DNA of 64,000 nt. Source: Leucoraja erinacea. Its lineage: Eukaryota. A program made the translations under genes and the position numbers. The notes beneath the pieces were generated by a model. It did not search any database. It had not been told where the DNA came from and was given only the letters and a program-made list of their open reading frames with translations. The DNA lies in NCBI RefSeq assembly GCF_028641065.1, contig NC_073385.1, forward strand, positions 41,416,001 to 41,480,000, read 5' to 3'. Each line of letters opens with the position of its first letter. Positions within the stretch are counted from its first letter, which is position 1. Of the stretch, positions 11,740 through 22,468 are shown in pieces.

Positions 11740-11930
11740 TCCTCGCCTCTTGTATAGGGCATTGGCAACGACAGTTGGCCGGGCGCCACCACAAGCGCTG
11801 CTGGGAGCTGTAGTCCCAACCCGCGCCCCAGATGCCCCGCCCTGCCCATCGCGCTCACCCTTCCGCACTACAACTCCCAGTGCGCCCTGCGCCGCCCAGC
11901 TCCCCAGCCGCCGTCTCTAGGTGAGAAGCC
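11740..11930. promoter_or_regulatory. CpG-rich bidirectional-type promoter with two divergent ZNF143/THAP11 (ACTACA-TCCCA) motifs
   Basis: CTGGGAGCTGTAGT 11801-11814 (-) and ACTACAACTCCCAG 11867-11880 (+), GC box GCCCCGCCC between them, plus-strand donor AG|GTGAGA at 11921. Confidence 0.7.
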
Positions 11931-12011
11931 TTCACTCGCCTCAGGTCGGAGAATAATAATGATAATAATTTAAAAATCGGGTTCATTGCTAGGAAAATAA
12001 TAAACAATCGG

Positions 12012-12433
12012 AAGAATATCGTGCCTGCATCTTTGGTAAAAAAAAGAGTAGGTAACGTTTCAGGTCGAGACCCTTCTCTAGATATGTTGCCTGACCCGCT
12101 GAGTTACTGCAAAATTTTGTGTGATGACTGGTGCTCGGCTTTTGCCGCCACTGAGGGGGTTAACCAGGGATGGGACACACAGAAGGGGACGATAGGGGTT
12201 ATGCAGGAGAGGGGTGCGTGGTTCGCCACCTTATAGCCCTGTATAACCCGGGAGGGCAGCCCGAGTGAGAATGAAACTCATACACCCAGGCTGAGGGGGA
12301 TTGGACCATGATTCATTGGATTGTCACTGCTGAGATTTATGTATGGACCATTGGAGAAGTAGCAAAATCAGAGACCAGGTTCGATCCTGACCACGGATGA
12401 AACGCAGGTCTGTATTCACGCAGCAGTTCAGCT
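12012..12433 (+). repeat. Right arm of the inverted duplication (partner 10115-10530)
   Basis: Colinear reverse-complement blocks with indels, as described for the left arm. Confidence 0.8.
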
Positions 12434-12469
12434 CATTGTTTCCACTTTGAAGGGAATAACCAGAAATTC

Positions 12470-13345
12470 TGGTTGTCTTCGGAGTGGTGCAGATCTCACA
12501 ATCTCACCCTCAATGTGGAAAAGACAAAGGAAATGGTGATCGATTTCAGGAGGGCTGAAAAACACCATCACACTCCGCTGCATATTGATGGAGTTGCTGT
12601 AGAGGGTCAGCAGTGTGAAGTTCTTGGGACTTCACCTGGCGGATGACCTGACCTCTACGACCAACACCACAGCAGTGATCAAAAGAGCTCAGCAGCGGCT
12701 CCACCCCCTCCGGGGACTAAGAAAAGCAGGTCTCCCTACTGTTCATCTAAGGACCTTCTACAGGGGCACCATCAGAGTATATTGACCTACGGCATCACTA
12801 CCTGGTTTGGGAGCTACAAGGCTTATGAGCAAAACCAATTTAACAGGATAGTGAAGACAGCCAGCAGGATCATTGGTGCCCCACTCCCTTTCCTGTTGGA
12901 GATCTATTAGAAGCGGAGCATCAGCAGAGCCATCTCCATTATTAAGGACCCCTATCATCCATCACACCACATCTTCTCCATTCTGCCATCTGGGAAGAGG
13001 TATAGGAGCATCAGCTTCAAAACCAGCAGAATGCTACACAGCTTCTTTCCACAGGCAATAAGGCTGGTTAACGGACTGTGTCCCCTCCCCATATATCATA
13101 CACCAACACATCTAACCTTGCCCATACTTTGACAGCTAGGCACCTGTCAAAGCAAAGCCACTGTTTGGTCTGAATGTTTTATTTCAGTTTTTAGGCCTAT
13201 TTTAGATATGGTATAATTTTTAAAGCTATATGTATTTATTCTGTTTTTATTAACCGCACTGATGGGAACTGATTGAGAAACAATTTTTTCGTTTCATCTG
13301 TGTATGTAAGTACTCAGTTAAAATGACATTAAAGTAAATACAGTA
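12470..13345 (+). mobile_element. Rex1/Babar-type LINE 3' fragment
   Basis: LTLNVEKTKEMVIDFRR..VKFLGLHL..RAQQRL; nearly identical to 43395-44095. Confidence 0.8.
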
Positions 13346-13844
13346 TATTGAATTTTAGGGAAATGGAATAATTTTGGGAAATTTCCACATCCAGCCCGTG
13401 AAGGGGTGTAAAGGCAATACATACAGTAGGTATGTTACAAAACCTACCTGAATCATCATTGGGAATCTGCCCACAGCCATGTCCGCGATTTTGGCGCTGT
13501 TTGGAGGGGGCGGGTTTAAAACGCGATTTTTACTAGGCTGTTCTAATCGCAGATGTTCAGCCTAGTAAATCATTAACGAAAAATCGCTGCAAGACCCGGT
13601 CGCAAAAGGTATTATTAGTTTTATAGGCCTCGATAATATAGTTATAATAGTTTTAAAATTACTCTCTCATTCCGCAACCTCTCGCAGCCGCAGGGTTTTA
13701 TAAAGCAAACAATTAAAGGTATGTACCTTATTTTTACATTAAATGGGGCATATATATAACCCTGTATATCAAGTTATCTATAGCGAGTAGTTCATTTTTG
13801 GGCAGGAGTTTCGGCCCTTCGATCCCGCAGTATTTTATCTCGCC

Positions 13845-14940
13845 TCTTTTCTCCATACCCTTGATCCCCTTGGCCACAAGGGCCAAATCTAACTCTCTCT
13901 TACATATAGCCAATGAACTGGCCTCAACTACCCTCTGTGGCAGAGAGTTCCAGAGATTTAACACTCTCTGTGTGAAAAAAGTTCTCCTCATCTCGGTTTT
14001 AAAGGATTTCCCCCTTATCCTTAAGCTGTGACCCCTTGTCCTGGACTTCCCCAACATCGGAAACAATCTTCCTGCATCTTCCTGTCCAACCCCATTTTGC
14101 CGTTTCTATAAGATAATGTAAACTCTAGATAGTATAAACCAAATCAGTCTTTCTTCATAAGACAGTCCTGTGAATTACCTTTCTGCAATCCCTCTATGGC
14201 AACAATTAGGCTCAGATTTGAGAAAAATGTTAATCAGGTGTGGTCCTTAAGAAATGAACCTCCCTGGCTTTCTTGACTATCCAAGATCGCTTTCTTTACT
14301 GCAGCTTTTTTGTCAATGATGTACCATGACACCCAGGTCTCGTTGCATCTCCCCTTTTCCTAATCGGCCACCATTCAGATAATAGTCTACTTTCCTGTTT
14401 TTGCCACCAAAGTGGATAACCTCACATTTATCCACATTATACTGCATCTGCCAAAATTTGCCCACTCACCCAGCCTATCCAAGTCACTTTCAGTCTCCTA
14501 GCATCCTCCTCACAGCTAACACTGCCCCCCAGCTTAGTGTCATCCGCAAACTTGGAGATATTGCCTTCAATTCCCTCATCCAGATCATTAATATATATTG
14601 TAAATAGCTGGCGTCCCAGCACTGAGCCTTGCGGTACCCCACTAGACTGCCTGCCATTGTGAAAAGGACCCGTTTATCCTACTCTTATCTGATGGGTTCT
14701 CTATCCACATCAATACTGAACCCCCAGACTTTGATTTTTAAATCTCTTAAAATTGTTGTAACATTGCTACATACAGCACTCCACGTTTAGTTACATCCTC
14801 AAAGTTTATAAGAGGGCAGACTGATTTACCTTTTGGTAAATCCATGCTGACTTTGTCCAATGATTTCACCACTTTCTAAATGTGCTGCTATCCCATCTTT
14901 AATAACTGACTCTAGCAGTTTCCCCACTACCGATGTTAGG
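13845..14940 (-). mobile_element. CR1 LINE 3' fragment, partly scrambled
   Basis: [28 protein letters not shown] and MFPMLGKSRTRGHSLRIRG..FFTQRVLNLWNSLP. Confidence 0.8.
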
Positions 14941-15690
14941 CTTTTTATATCCCGCAGTATTTTTCTCGGCATTTGAGGGCACTAATCCAGCGCGATGTGG
15001 CGTTTAAACCATAGCGTTCTATGGCAACAGCGCTTTAAATGGGTACAGCAATTGACTGTTCGGAAAAAGCTCGTAAATTATAACAATTGTGAGTCTTTGG
15101 AATAATCTTTCCTTCTCAGTGGAAGTCCTTAAGAAAGCCTATTAGTTTTTGTAATGTTTTCAGGCAGTGCTAATTTCCGGTATGAAAATGGCCAGCCTAA
15201 TACTTGAGATATGAAAAGGAATTTTGGTGTCCTTATTGTTATGCTTTATCTGATGGGATAAATTGCAGACTTGATTTTTAAAATCTCAAAATTTTGTAAC
15301 ATTGCTACATACAGCACTGCCGGTTTAGCACTCAAAGGTTTAAACAGGGCGCTGTTAGTTTAACGCGTGGGAATTTAAACAAAGAGTTGTGGGCTGCAGC
15401 ACTATGGGTTCTAAATATAGCGCTACCAGCTGCAGCGCTATGGGCTTTAAACATAGCGCTATGGCAACAGCGCTCTGGGTCACAGACTGTTCGGGAAAAA
15501 GCTCGTATAACAATGAGTCTTTGGAATTCTCCTTCTCAGTGGAAGTCGAGCCTTTAGTTATTTTTCAGGCAGTGGTAGAATTCTGGATAAGCCTAGTGGT
15601 GAAAAGGTACCAGTGGGCTGTCGGATTGCAGTTACATTGGGATTGGGATTTTATAGGGGGGGGCTCAAGGGGGGAGAGGGAGGAGGGGGG

Positions 15691-15721
<31 letters not shown>

Positions 15722-16463
15722 AGGGGAGAGAGAGAGGGAAAGAGGGGAGGAGAGAGAGAGAGAGAGGGGAGGGGGGGAGAGTGGGAGGGAGCAGAGTCTG
15801 AAACACATGACAGCAGGTTGAAAAAACGAAGACAACGAAAGCTGCCTTGTATAACACTGTACAAGTGAGTAACAGAAGCAGGCATATACAGTGTAGTTAT
15901 ATAGATCTGTTTTGCCTTGTTCTTCGTTGTGTTGTTAACGTGGGATTCTATTCAATTTGGGATTCTATTCAAGGGTATTTTTTTGAGGTGTGGAAGCACT
16001 GGTTCAGCTGCCGAGAATGTTTTTCTCGAGTATCCTATGACCTGAGCATGCGTAGTCGGAATATCAAGCTCGCTTATTAAGAACTTCAGAAACTTTGGCG
16101 GCGCCAAAAATGAGGGAACCTGTGTATTGTCCGGGTGAAGTGAACTATATGCAAAAACAAAGAATTTCACTGTGACTAGGTACATAGAATATCATTGAAC
16201 CGTATAACCTGGAGCTCGGAGTCATTTAACACAGGTGAGTGAAGCTCATTTAAACTTGGCAGCTCAGTTGCTGATCTGCGCTCCAGTGAACGGCAGGACA
16301 CAGGTAGAAGATAGACACAAAAAGCTGGAGTAACTCAGCGGGACGGGCAGCAATTCTGGAGAGAAGAAGTTGGTGAAGTTTCGGGTCAAGACCCTTCTTC
16401 AGACACAGGTAGGTAGACCCGGCCGATAGTCAGGCCGGTGGGGCAGTGGACGGGGACACTCAC

Positions 16464-16541
16464 CCAGAAACGCGCTGCCAAAGCCGCCAAAGCCGCGCTT
16501 GTCCCGACGCCACGGCTCCTGGCTCCGCACAGCTGCGCCAT
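16464..16541 (-). CDS. NUBPL: NUBPL exon 1 (putative mitochondrial targeting peptide)
   Basis: AGGATGG start, MAQLCGARSRGVGTSAALAALAARFW|gtgagt; 78 nt; phase 0 matches exon 2; Arg/Ala-rich with no acidic residues; lies in a CpG island. Confidence 0.8.
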
Positions 16542-17143
16542 CCTCCCGCCGCCGTGGACACCCTCTCCCACCGACAGAAGATCTACACGGGCAACGACGC
16601 TTGGACTTTAACCGGGCAAAGGATGAGCGGCGTGCATCACACGTCGACCTCTTGCTTCAGCCTTGGAGCCGGGTGAACGACGCCTGTCTGAGTAAGATGG
16701 CCGCTGTGGAGCTGGGTCGCGCCTGCTCGCGCCCGCGACCTGCGCATGTGCTCGTGCCCGCGACCTGTGACGGTGCTCGTGCCCGCGACCTGCGCATGTG
16801 CTCGTGCCCGCGACCTGTGACGGTGCTCGCAGCCCGTGCCGGTGCTCGTGCCCGTGGCGGCAGGAAACGGAGGTGACGCGCGCATCTACCCATGGATCTC
16901 AGAGGGGGCAAATTTGAAGGGGGCCTTTGGCGTGAAGCGCTGGTTTGGAGCCGCGGGTCGGGTCGGGTCGGGTCGGGCTGGGCGGGTGGTCGGTCTGTCG
17001 GCGGGGGAATGGGATGGGGCAGAGCCGCTTGCGTTGTCTCGCTCCTTGTCTTTGAGTCGGGGCCGGCCCCCGTCCCGCTCTGGGACCGCTGCTGAGGGAA
17101 GCGGGGCCGGGGCCGTGAGGGGTCGCCGGGCGCCAGGCTCCCA
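16542..17143. promoter_or_regulatory. CpG-island bidirectional promoter for NUBPL and the Myb/SANT gene
   Basis: Very high GC and CpG content; YY1-type AAGATGGCCGC at 16694; NRF1-like TGCGCATGTGC at 16741 and 16791; divergent start codons about 600 bp apart. Confidence 0.75.
16725..16855. repeat. 25-bp alternating (AB)n GC-rich tandem repeat
   Basis: Units TGCGCATGTGCTCGTGCCCGCGACC and TGTGACGGTGCTCGTGCCCGCGACC alternate with a 50-bp period. Confidence 0.9.
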
Positions 17144-17672
17144 ATGATGTCCGAGGCGAGGTCAGAGCGCGGCGCCCTGTGGTCGGACGCCGAGACCCTG
17201 GCGCTGATCGCCGTGTGGAGCGAGGACAACGTGCAGACGGCCCTGGACGAGCAGCTGAGGAACAGCCACGTCTTTAAGTTCATCTCGTCGCAGCTGCTGG
17301 ACCAGGGTTACATCCGCACGCCAGAGCAGTGCCGCATCCGCATCAAGGGGCTGAAGAGGAAATACACGCTGGCCAAGGACAGCATCAGGCGCGGTTGCAG
17401 CGCCAGCGGCAGGAAGATCTGCCGCTTCTACGAACAGCTCGACGCGGTGCTCGGCTCCCGGGTCGCCAACGACCGAGCGGTCGCCACGGACGCGATGGCG
17501 ACGCCCGATGACCCGCAGGATATCAAAGAGGAACAGAGCAGCCCCCACTCCGAGTCGAGTCAAAGAGTTGAATGTCGCAATGGTCATTGTTCCTCCGAGG
17601 AGCCCGAGCACCCGAGGGCAGAGAGCAGCAACAGGCAATTTGAGCCTCAGCCCTCGACCAGTGCTTTCTGCA
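17144..17672 (+). CDS. Myb/SANT-like (trihelix, MSANTD-type) DNA-binding protein, exon 1
   Basis: WSDAETLALIAVW..LRNSHVFKFISSQLLDQGYIRTPEQCRIRIKGLKRKY..CRFYEQLDAVLG; phase-1 donor A|GTAAGA at 17673. Confidence 0.88.
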
Positions 17673-20600
17673 GTAAGAAGTTTGATTTACTATATCTTTC
17701 AGCAAAAAGTTAACGTGAGTTCATAACGGACGCTGAAAGTCAATGGGAATTACAGGAATGCCCTGTTCCCAGCTGTTGGATATGTTGTAACTTGGTAACT
17801 AAATGAAACTTTTATACGGGCAAGGGGAAATTATGTTCCCAGTGAAACGCAAGTTTATCTCCCCAGAACATCATGTAATCTCGACCAATTCGTTTAGAAT
17901 TGATAGACATAAACGCTGGAGTAACTCCGTGGGATAGGCAGCATCTCTGGAGAAATGGGATAGGTGACATTTCGGCTCGTGTCCTTTAAATGAATGTTTC
18001 TTAGTGTTTTGAAACATCGAAACGTCACCCATCCATTTTCTCCAGAGATGCTGCCTGACCCTCCGAGTTACTCCAGCGTTTCGTTTTACATTTTGTGAGA
18101 TTTAACAAATGAAAATGTAATGAAGAGTGTTGTAATATAGTCTTGACTTCGGCCTTGTTAATACTGAAAAGATTTTGCCGAGCGAAGTGGTGTATTTGTG
18201 GCTGTATTATTTCAGTGGCGGTCCAACATTCTCATTAATATAACGAATTTCGTGATGTTGGTGATGCTGCTGGACGTCAAGTTTTGTGGTTAGATTCATT
18301 CTTTTGATTGCGATTGCCATTGTGTGGCATCTCAGTATAAATGTTCCCGCTACTGGATGTTTATGATTTGCTGCGGACAGTTTCATTGTTTACATAGTAC
18401 TTTGTGAAACCAATAGATGTAACAATCATCACACATCCCAGCCAATGATTGCCAGTGGAGACATTCAAGCATTTGAGCAATTGTAGAAAAAAAACGGAGG
18501 TGTATTCCCAATGGATCAGTGATTTGAGCTCTGAAAATGGTTGAATCTCGGTCATTTGAGCCCAATAAGAAGACCGCTGAGAGGATAAATATAGAACCAG
18601 GGACACAAGATATTGGAGTTACTCAGCGGGTCAGGCAGCATCTCTGGAGAAAGGGAATTGGTGACGTTTCGAGTCGAGACCCTTCTTCGGACTCGACGTG
18701 CAGGTGCTGGTTTACACAAAATGACACAAAGTGTAGGAGTAACTCAGCGTGTCAGGCAGCATCTCGGACAACGTTGTGTCATTTGAGGTCAGGACCCTTG
18801 AAGTTACTCGAGCAACTTGCTGAGTTGCTCCAATTGTGCCCTTTTAGCTGAAAGGATAATCTGACTGAGGTAAATAAGCTTGAATGTTCCTTTAACTTGC
18901 TGTTTGATTCCGTTTGTTTTAACTTAATAAACATGAATTTTAAATGTGATTATTCCATTATCAATATATGGATTAGGATTCGGGCTGGTATTACCAAAGC
19001 TCATTGCAATCATTGTAAAATTAATGTGTTACAATGTGTCACAATTGGAGCCATGAGATTCATATATTCAGTTTGTTGAATAATCTTCCCTCTATGGACA
19101 TTTTATTTTGGAACAGAAAAAGCTGAAAATACTCAGTAGGTCAGGCAACATATGTAGAAACATTAGAGTTAGCATTTTAGATTTGAGACTCATTGGTCAA
19201 ATGTTTGAGTGTTCCTGGCAATTTCTGTTTTTATATCAGATAGCTACTGTTTGCAATTTTTCAGAATTTCAAATAGAAAGTAAAATAATTATCTTGGCCT
19301 TTATTCTGGGAGTTTGCAATATTAGGCTATTTATAGATTGGGTACACACAGATATGTGCTAGTCTAATGCCATTATGTACCAGTATTGGATAAATACGTG
19401 TTGTTTTCTCAAGCAACCCGTTTTATCTTTCTTATTTATTTATTTATTTATTTATTTGTTTATATTTTATTAGAAGCAATTGTGCAAAGATAAAACGTTT
19501 GGCATCTAGAATTATACAATCATTGAACAGCGTCATTTTTAACCTTATAACCTAAATTGTGAAAATGAAAAAAAGGAAAGAGAAAGCAAGAAAAGAAGAA
19601 AGGAAAAAGTGAAAGGATAGAGTAGAAAAGAACATGAAAAAGTCCCCTAAACCACCAAAGCAGTGAAGTAGAAAGATAGAGGAATAAGATAAAATGGAGA
19701 TATACCTTGACCCCCCCCCCCCCCCCCCGCCTCACCCAACATAGCATCGGATTTAAATTTGTGTTTCACCATACTATTGTTGTAAAAATTCAGTGAAGGG
19801 TGTCCATGTCTTAAGAAATTGATCTGGTTTTTTCCCATTTTATCTTCGTCCGAAACAATTGAAGATCCTGGTTAATTTTTTATTCAGTATTGGCAGTTGG
19901 TATTGGTAGTTTCAGCTGGTACTCTTGTGCGTAACAGTCCACTATATAAAGATACTAACAACACAAATGAGGTGGAAAAAAAACAAAAAGTTAATTTGTT
20001 TAACAAGACTTGCTAGATTACACAATATATTTGCACTATGTCAGAAACATGAAGGCCCATCATCATATTGCCGCTTGTGTGTTTGGGAAAAATTAGTGAC
20101 AATAGTATTTTTAATCTCCAAGACCTTCTTAACCATCTTGATTCTACCCGCAAATTGACATTTGTGATGGGGTTTTGATAATATTTTATTTGAGATATAT
20201 CACTTCTATTTTTTTGGTGTATGTTTGACCAGTGAATATAAAGGTGCTTATGTGTATTGATTTTATGTTTGTCCTGTTAACTGCAACCAGTGTGTTTATA
20301 GAGGAATATGTAGAATTACAATTTCATGATTTTGAATGAGGCCAGTATGCTCACCTGCATTTGTTATTATTGCTAATAAAATCAATCAAGAAAGCAGAAT
20401 TTTACGATGAGCTAAGAAACTGCTCTTGATATCAAATCAGTTATTCTCAAAGAACTTCATAATTCAGAAATTAGTGGGCTCACTGATGATTATACTGTGT
20501 GTCATTGTTAATTCCTCACAAAACTGAATTCTGTGATGAGCCTTTGCATCATCTGCAAGGCGCAAGTCAAGAGTGTTGTGGAATGCTCTCAGAGCTGGTA

Positions 20601-21109
20601 CAACTGAAATGAGCCCGTGGCCCCCTTTTGTGATATTCCATTCTCTGATTTGAGAACGGGCAATGCTTTTCTGAGACGGTCCTTTTGTCTTCCTTGTAAT
20701 GTGCCAGTTCATGCTTGATCAGGCTTCCTCCCCTGCGATGTTTGCATGACCCTACTTGCCTTTTGTGGTTTTCTGGGATGGATTGACCTGCAGGCTTGAA
20801 CTCTGCAACCATGCCGCGAAGCATGGCAGGCTCGGGCAGTGACGAATCCTTGAGTGGCAAATATTGCATCATGCTTTCAGAACGCCCTCATGGCTTTTTG
20901 ACAGCTTGCTCCTTTTGTGGCTTTCAAACTGGTTTTATAAGTCTCTGATAATCAAAGCATGTTGTAGTAAGCCCCCCCTTGGCGAAAGCGTGTAAGAACT
21001 GCTTAAATAGTCTTAAGTAAAGTTGAAAAATACATTTGGTTCCCCTCTGTTAGAACTTGCCTCACTCTCAACAACTATTTCAACTTCTCCCACTTTCTTC
21101 AGGTTAAAG

Positions 21110-21875
21110 GTATAGCAGTGGACACTTGCGTGGGTCCCAGCTGTGCCTGCCTTTTTGTTGGTTACATCGAACGGTCCTTGTTCTCAACGTACATTGGCAC
21201 CATCCCCCTCTCAACTGTTTCTCAGCTGCACTGCCGACTGCATCACAGCTGCCTCCTGCACCCATGCAGAACTCATTAATTTCATCAACTTTACCACTAA
21301 CGTTCACTTGGTCCTTCTCTGATAGTTCCCTCCCCTTTCTCAATCTCTCTGTCTCCATCACTGTGGATAATCTAATGTCTACTATAAACCCACAGGCTTC
21401 CACAGTGATCTGGATCACATCTCCTCCCACCCTACCTCGTGCAAAAATGCCCTCTCCTACCCTCAATGTCTACGTTACCTGGCGGGCCGATGACAAGTGT
21501 GCATGACAACGAACAACTCGCATCCATCCAGGCACTCTAGCAGCCACCTCTCTCCTCCTGTTAACCCCAGGCGACCCCGTCCTCTTCCACCTTTATGTCT
21601 TCCTCTGACCACATTTCATGCCTGGCCTTTCATCTCAAAGCCATCATCTTTTGTCATAATTTTTTCATTGTCCATCCATCTGTAAATCAAACCCCCCTCA
21701 CCTGTATCCACCTATCACTTGCTTAGCTTTGTCCCAACCCACCTTTCTACCAGCTTATTCCCCTCTGCTATAGTCAGTCTGAAGAAAGGTCCCAACCTGC
21801 AATGTTGCCTATCCATGTCCTTCAGTGATACTGCCTGATCTGCTGAGTGACATCAGCACCTTGTGTCTTTTCTAA
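21110..21875 (+). mobile_element. Degenerate Penelope-like fragments (RT piece and terminus)
   Basis: FTWSFSDSSLPFL resembles the PLE RT at 52083-52424; degenerate CTGAAGAAAGG terminus at 21779. Confidence 0.6.
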
Positions 21876-22121
21876 TTCAAATAAACGGACAGACTTAATT
21901 TTGACTTTAGCATCAAAATGTTGATTCAATAGTTAATTCCCACAGCATTATGGATAAAACTAGATAATATTTGATGAATGTGTCCTCCATTCATCCAATT
22001 GCTATTATCATACCCTGGAATATTGTAATTTCCTTTGTTCAAAAATGTTTTTTTCTGTTTACCACAGTGCTTTTTGCTCTGGTGAGGCACATCTCAAACA
22101 TGTGTATTTTTATTTCCTCAG

Positions 22122-22468
22122 CACCCCGTATCCGGCGAATGCATTCATCTCTACCATTCACACCTCAGCCGAAGAAAGCAAAGAAGCACTCACTGGAGGA
22201 CATAATGGACGGCATGATGGAGAAGTTCATCCGCTACAGCGAAGCTGCCGATGAAAAATTTCTCCGTTACATGGAGGCATCAGAGGAACGGTTTGCTCGT
22301 CTTGAGCAGCTCCGTATGGAAATGGAGGAAAGGATGAGACAAAGTGATAGAGAACATGAAGCTCGTGTTCTCTTTATGTTGGGACAAATGATGGGCCATA
22401 ATATGGCTGACTTTCCTTCCACATCTACAGCTACTGAAGGTGAAATAACGGAAAGAAAAGTATTTTAG
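22122..22468 (+). CDS. Myb/SANT-like protein exon 2 (basic NLS-like patch and coiled coil)
   Basis: tttatttcctcag| phase-1 acceptor in frame with exon 1; PKKAKK; EERFARLEQLRMEMEERMRQSDREHEARVLFMLGQMM; the joined CDS is 876 nt (291 aa). Confidence 0.82.

Noticed and set aside
11452-11868. 138-aa ORF as a standalone gene
   Set aside because: Only 23 codons resemble TCEA; the rest is promoter and intron read-through.
10421-12163. piggyBac-like element with TTAA TSDs capturing the TCEA exon
   Set aside because: Inverted similarity continues well outside both TTAA sites (to about 10115 and 12433), so these are not clearly true termini. Kept only as an alternative hypothesis.
13440-16110. GC-rich putative non-autonomous DNA element hosting the CR1
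   Set aside because: Termini and TSD could not be defined, and the local sequence looks unreliable.
16725-16855. CRISPR-like repeat-spacer pattern
   Set aside because: Eukaryotic context; the variable part is only about 5 nt and alternates; no cas genes.
16657-17638. Long antisense or overlapping ORFs (208 and 158 aa) in the CpG island
   Set aside because: Stop-poor GC-rich shadows of the Myb/SANT exon and promoter, with no recognisable domain.
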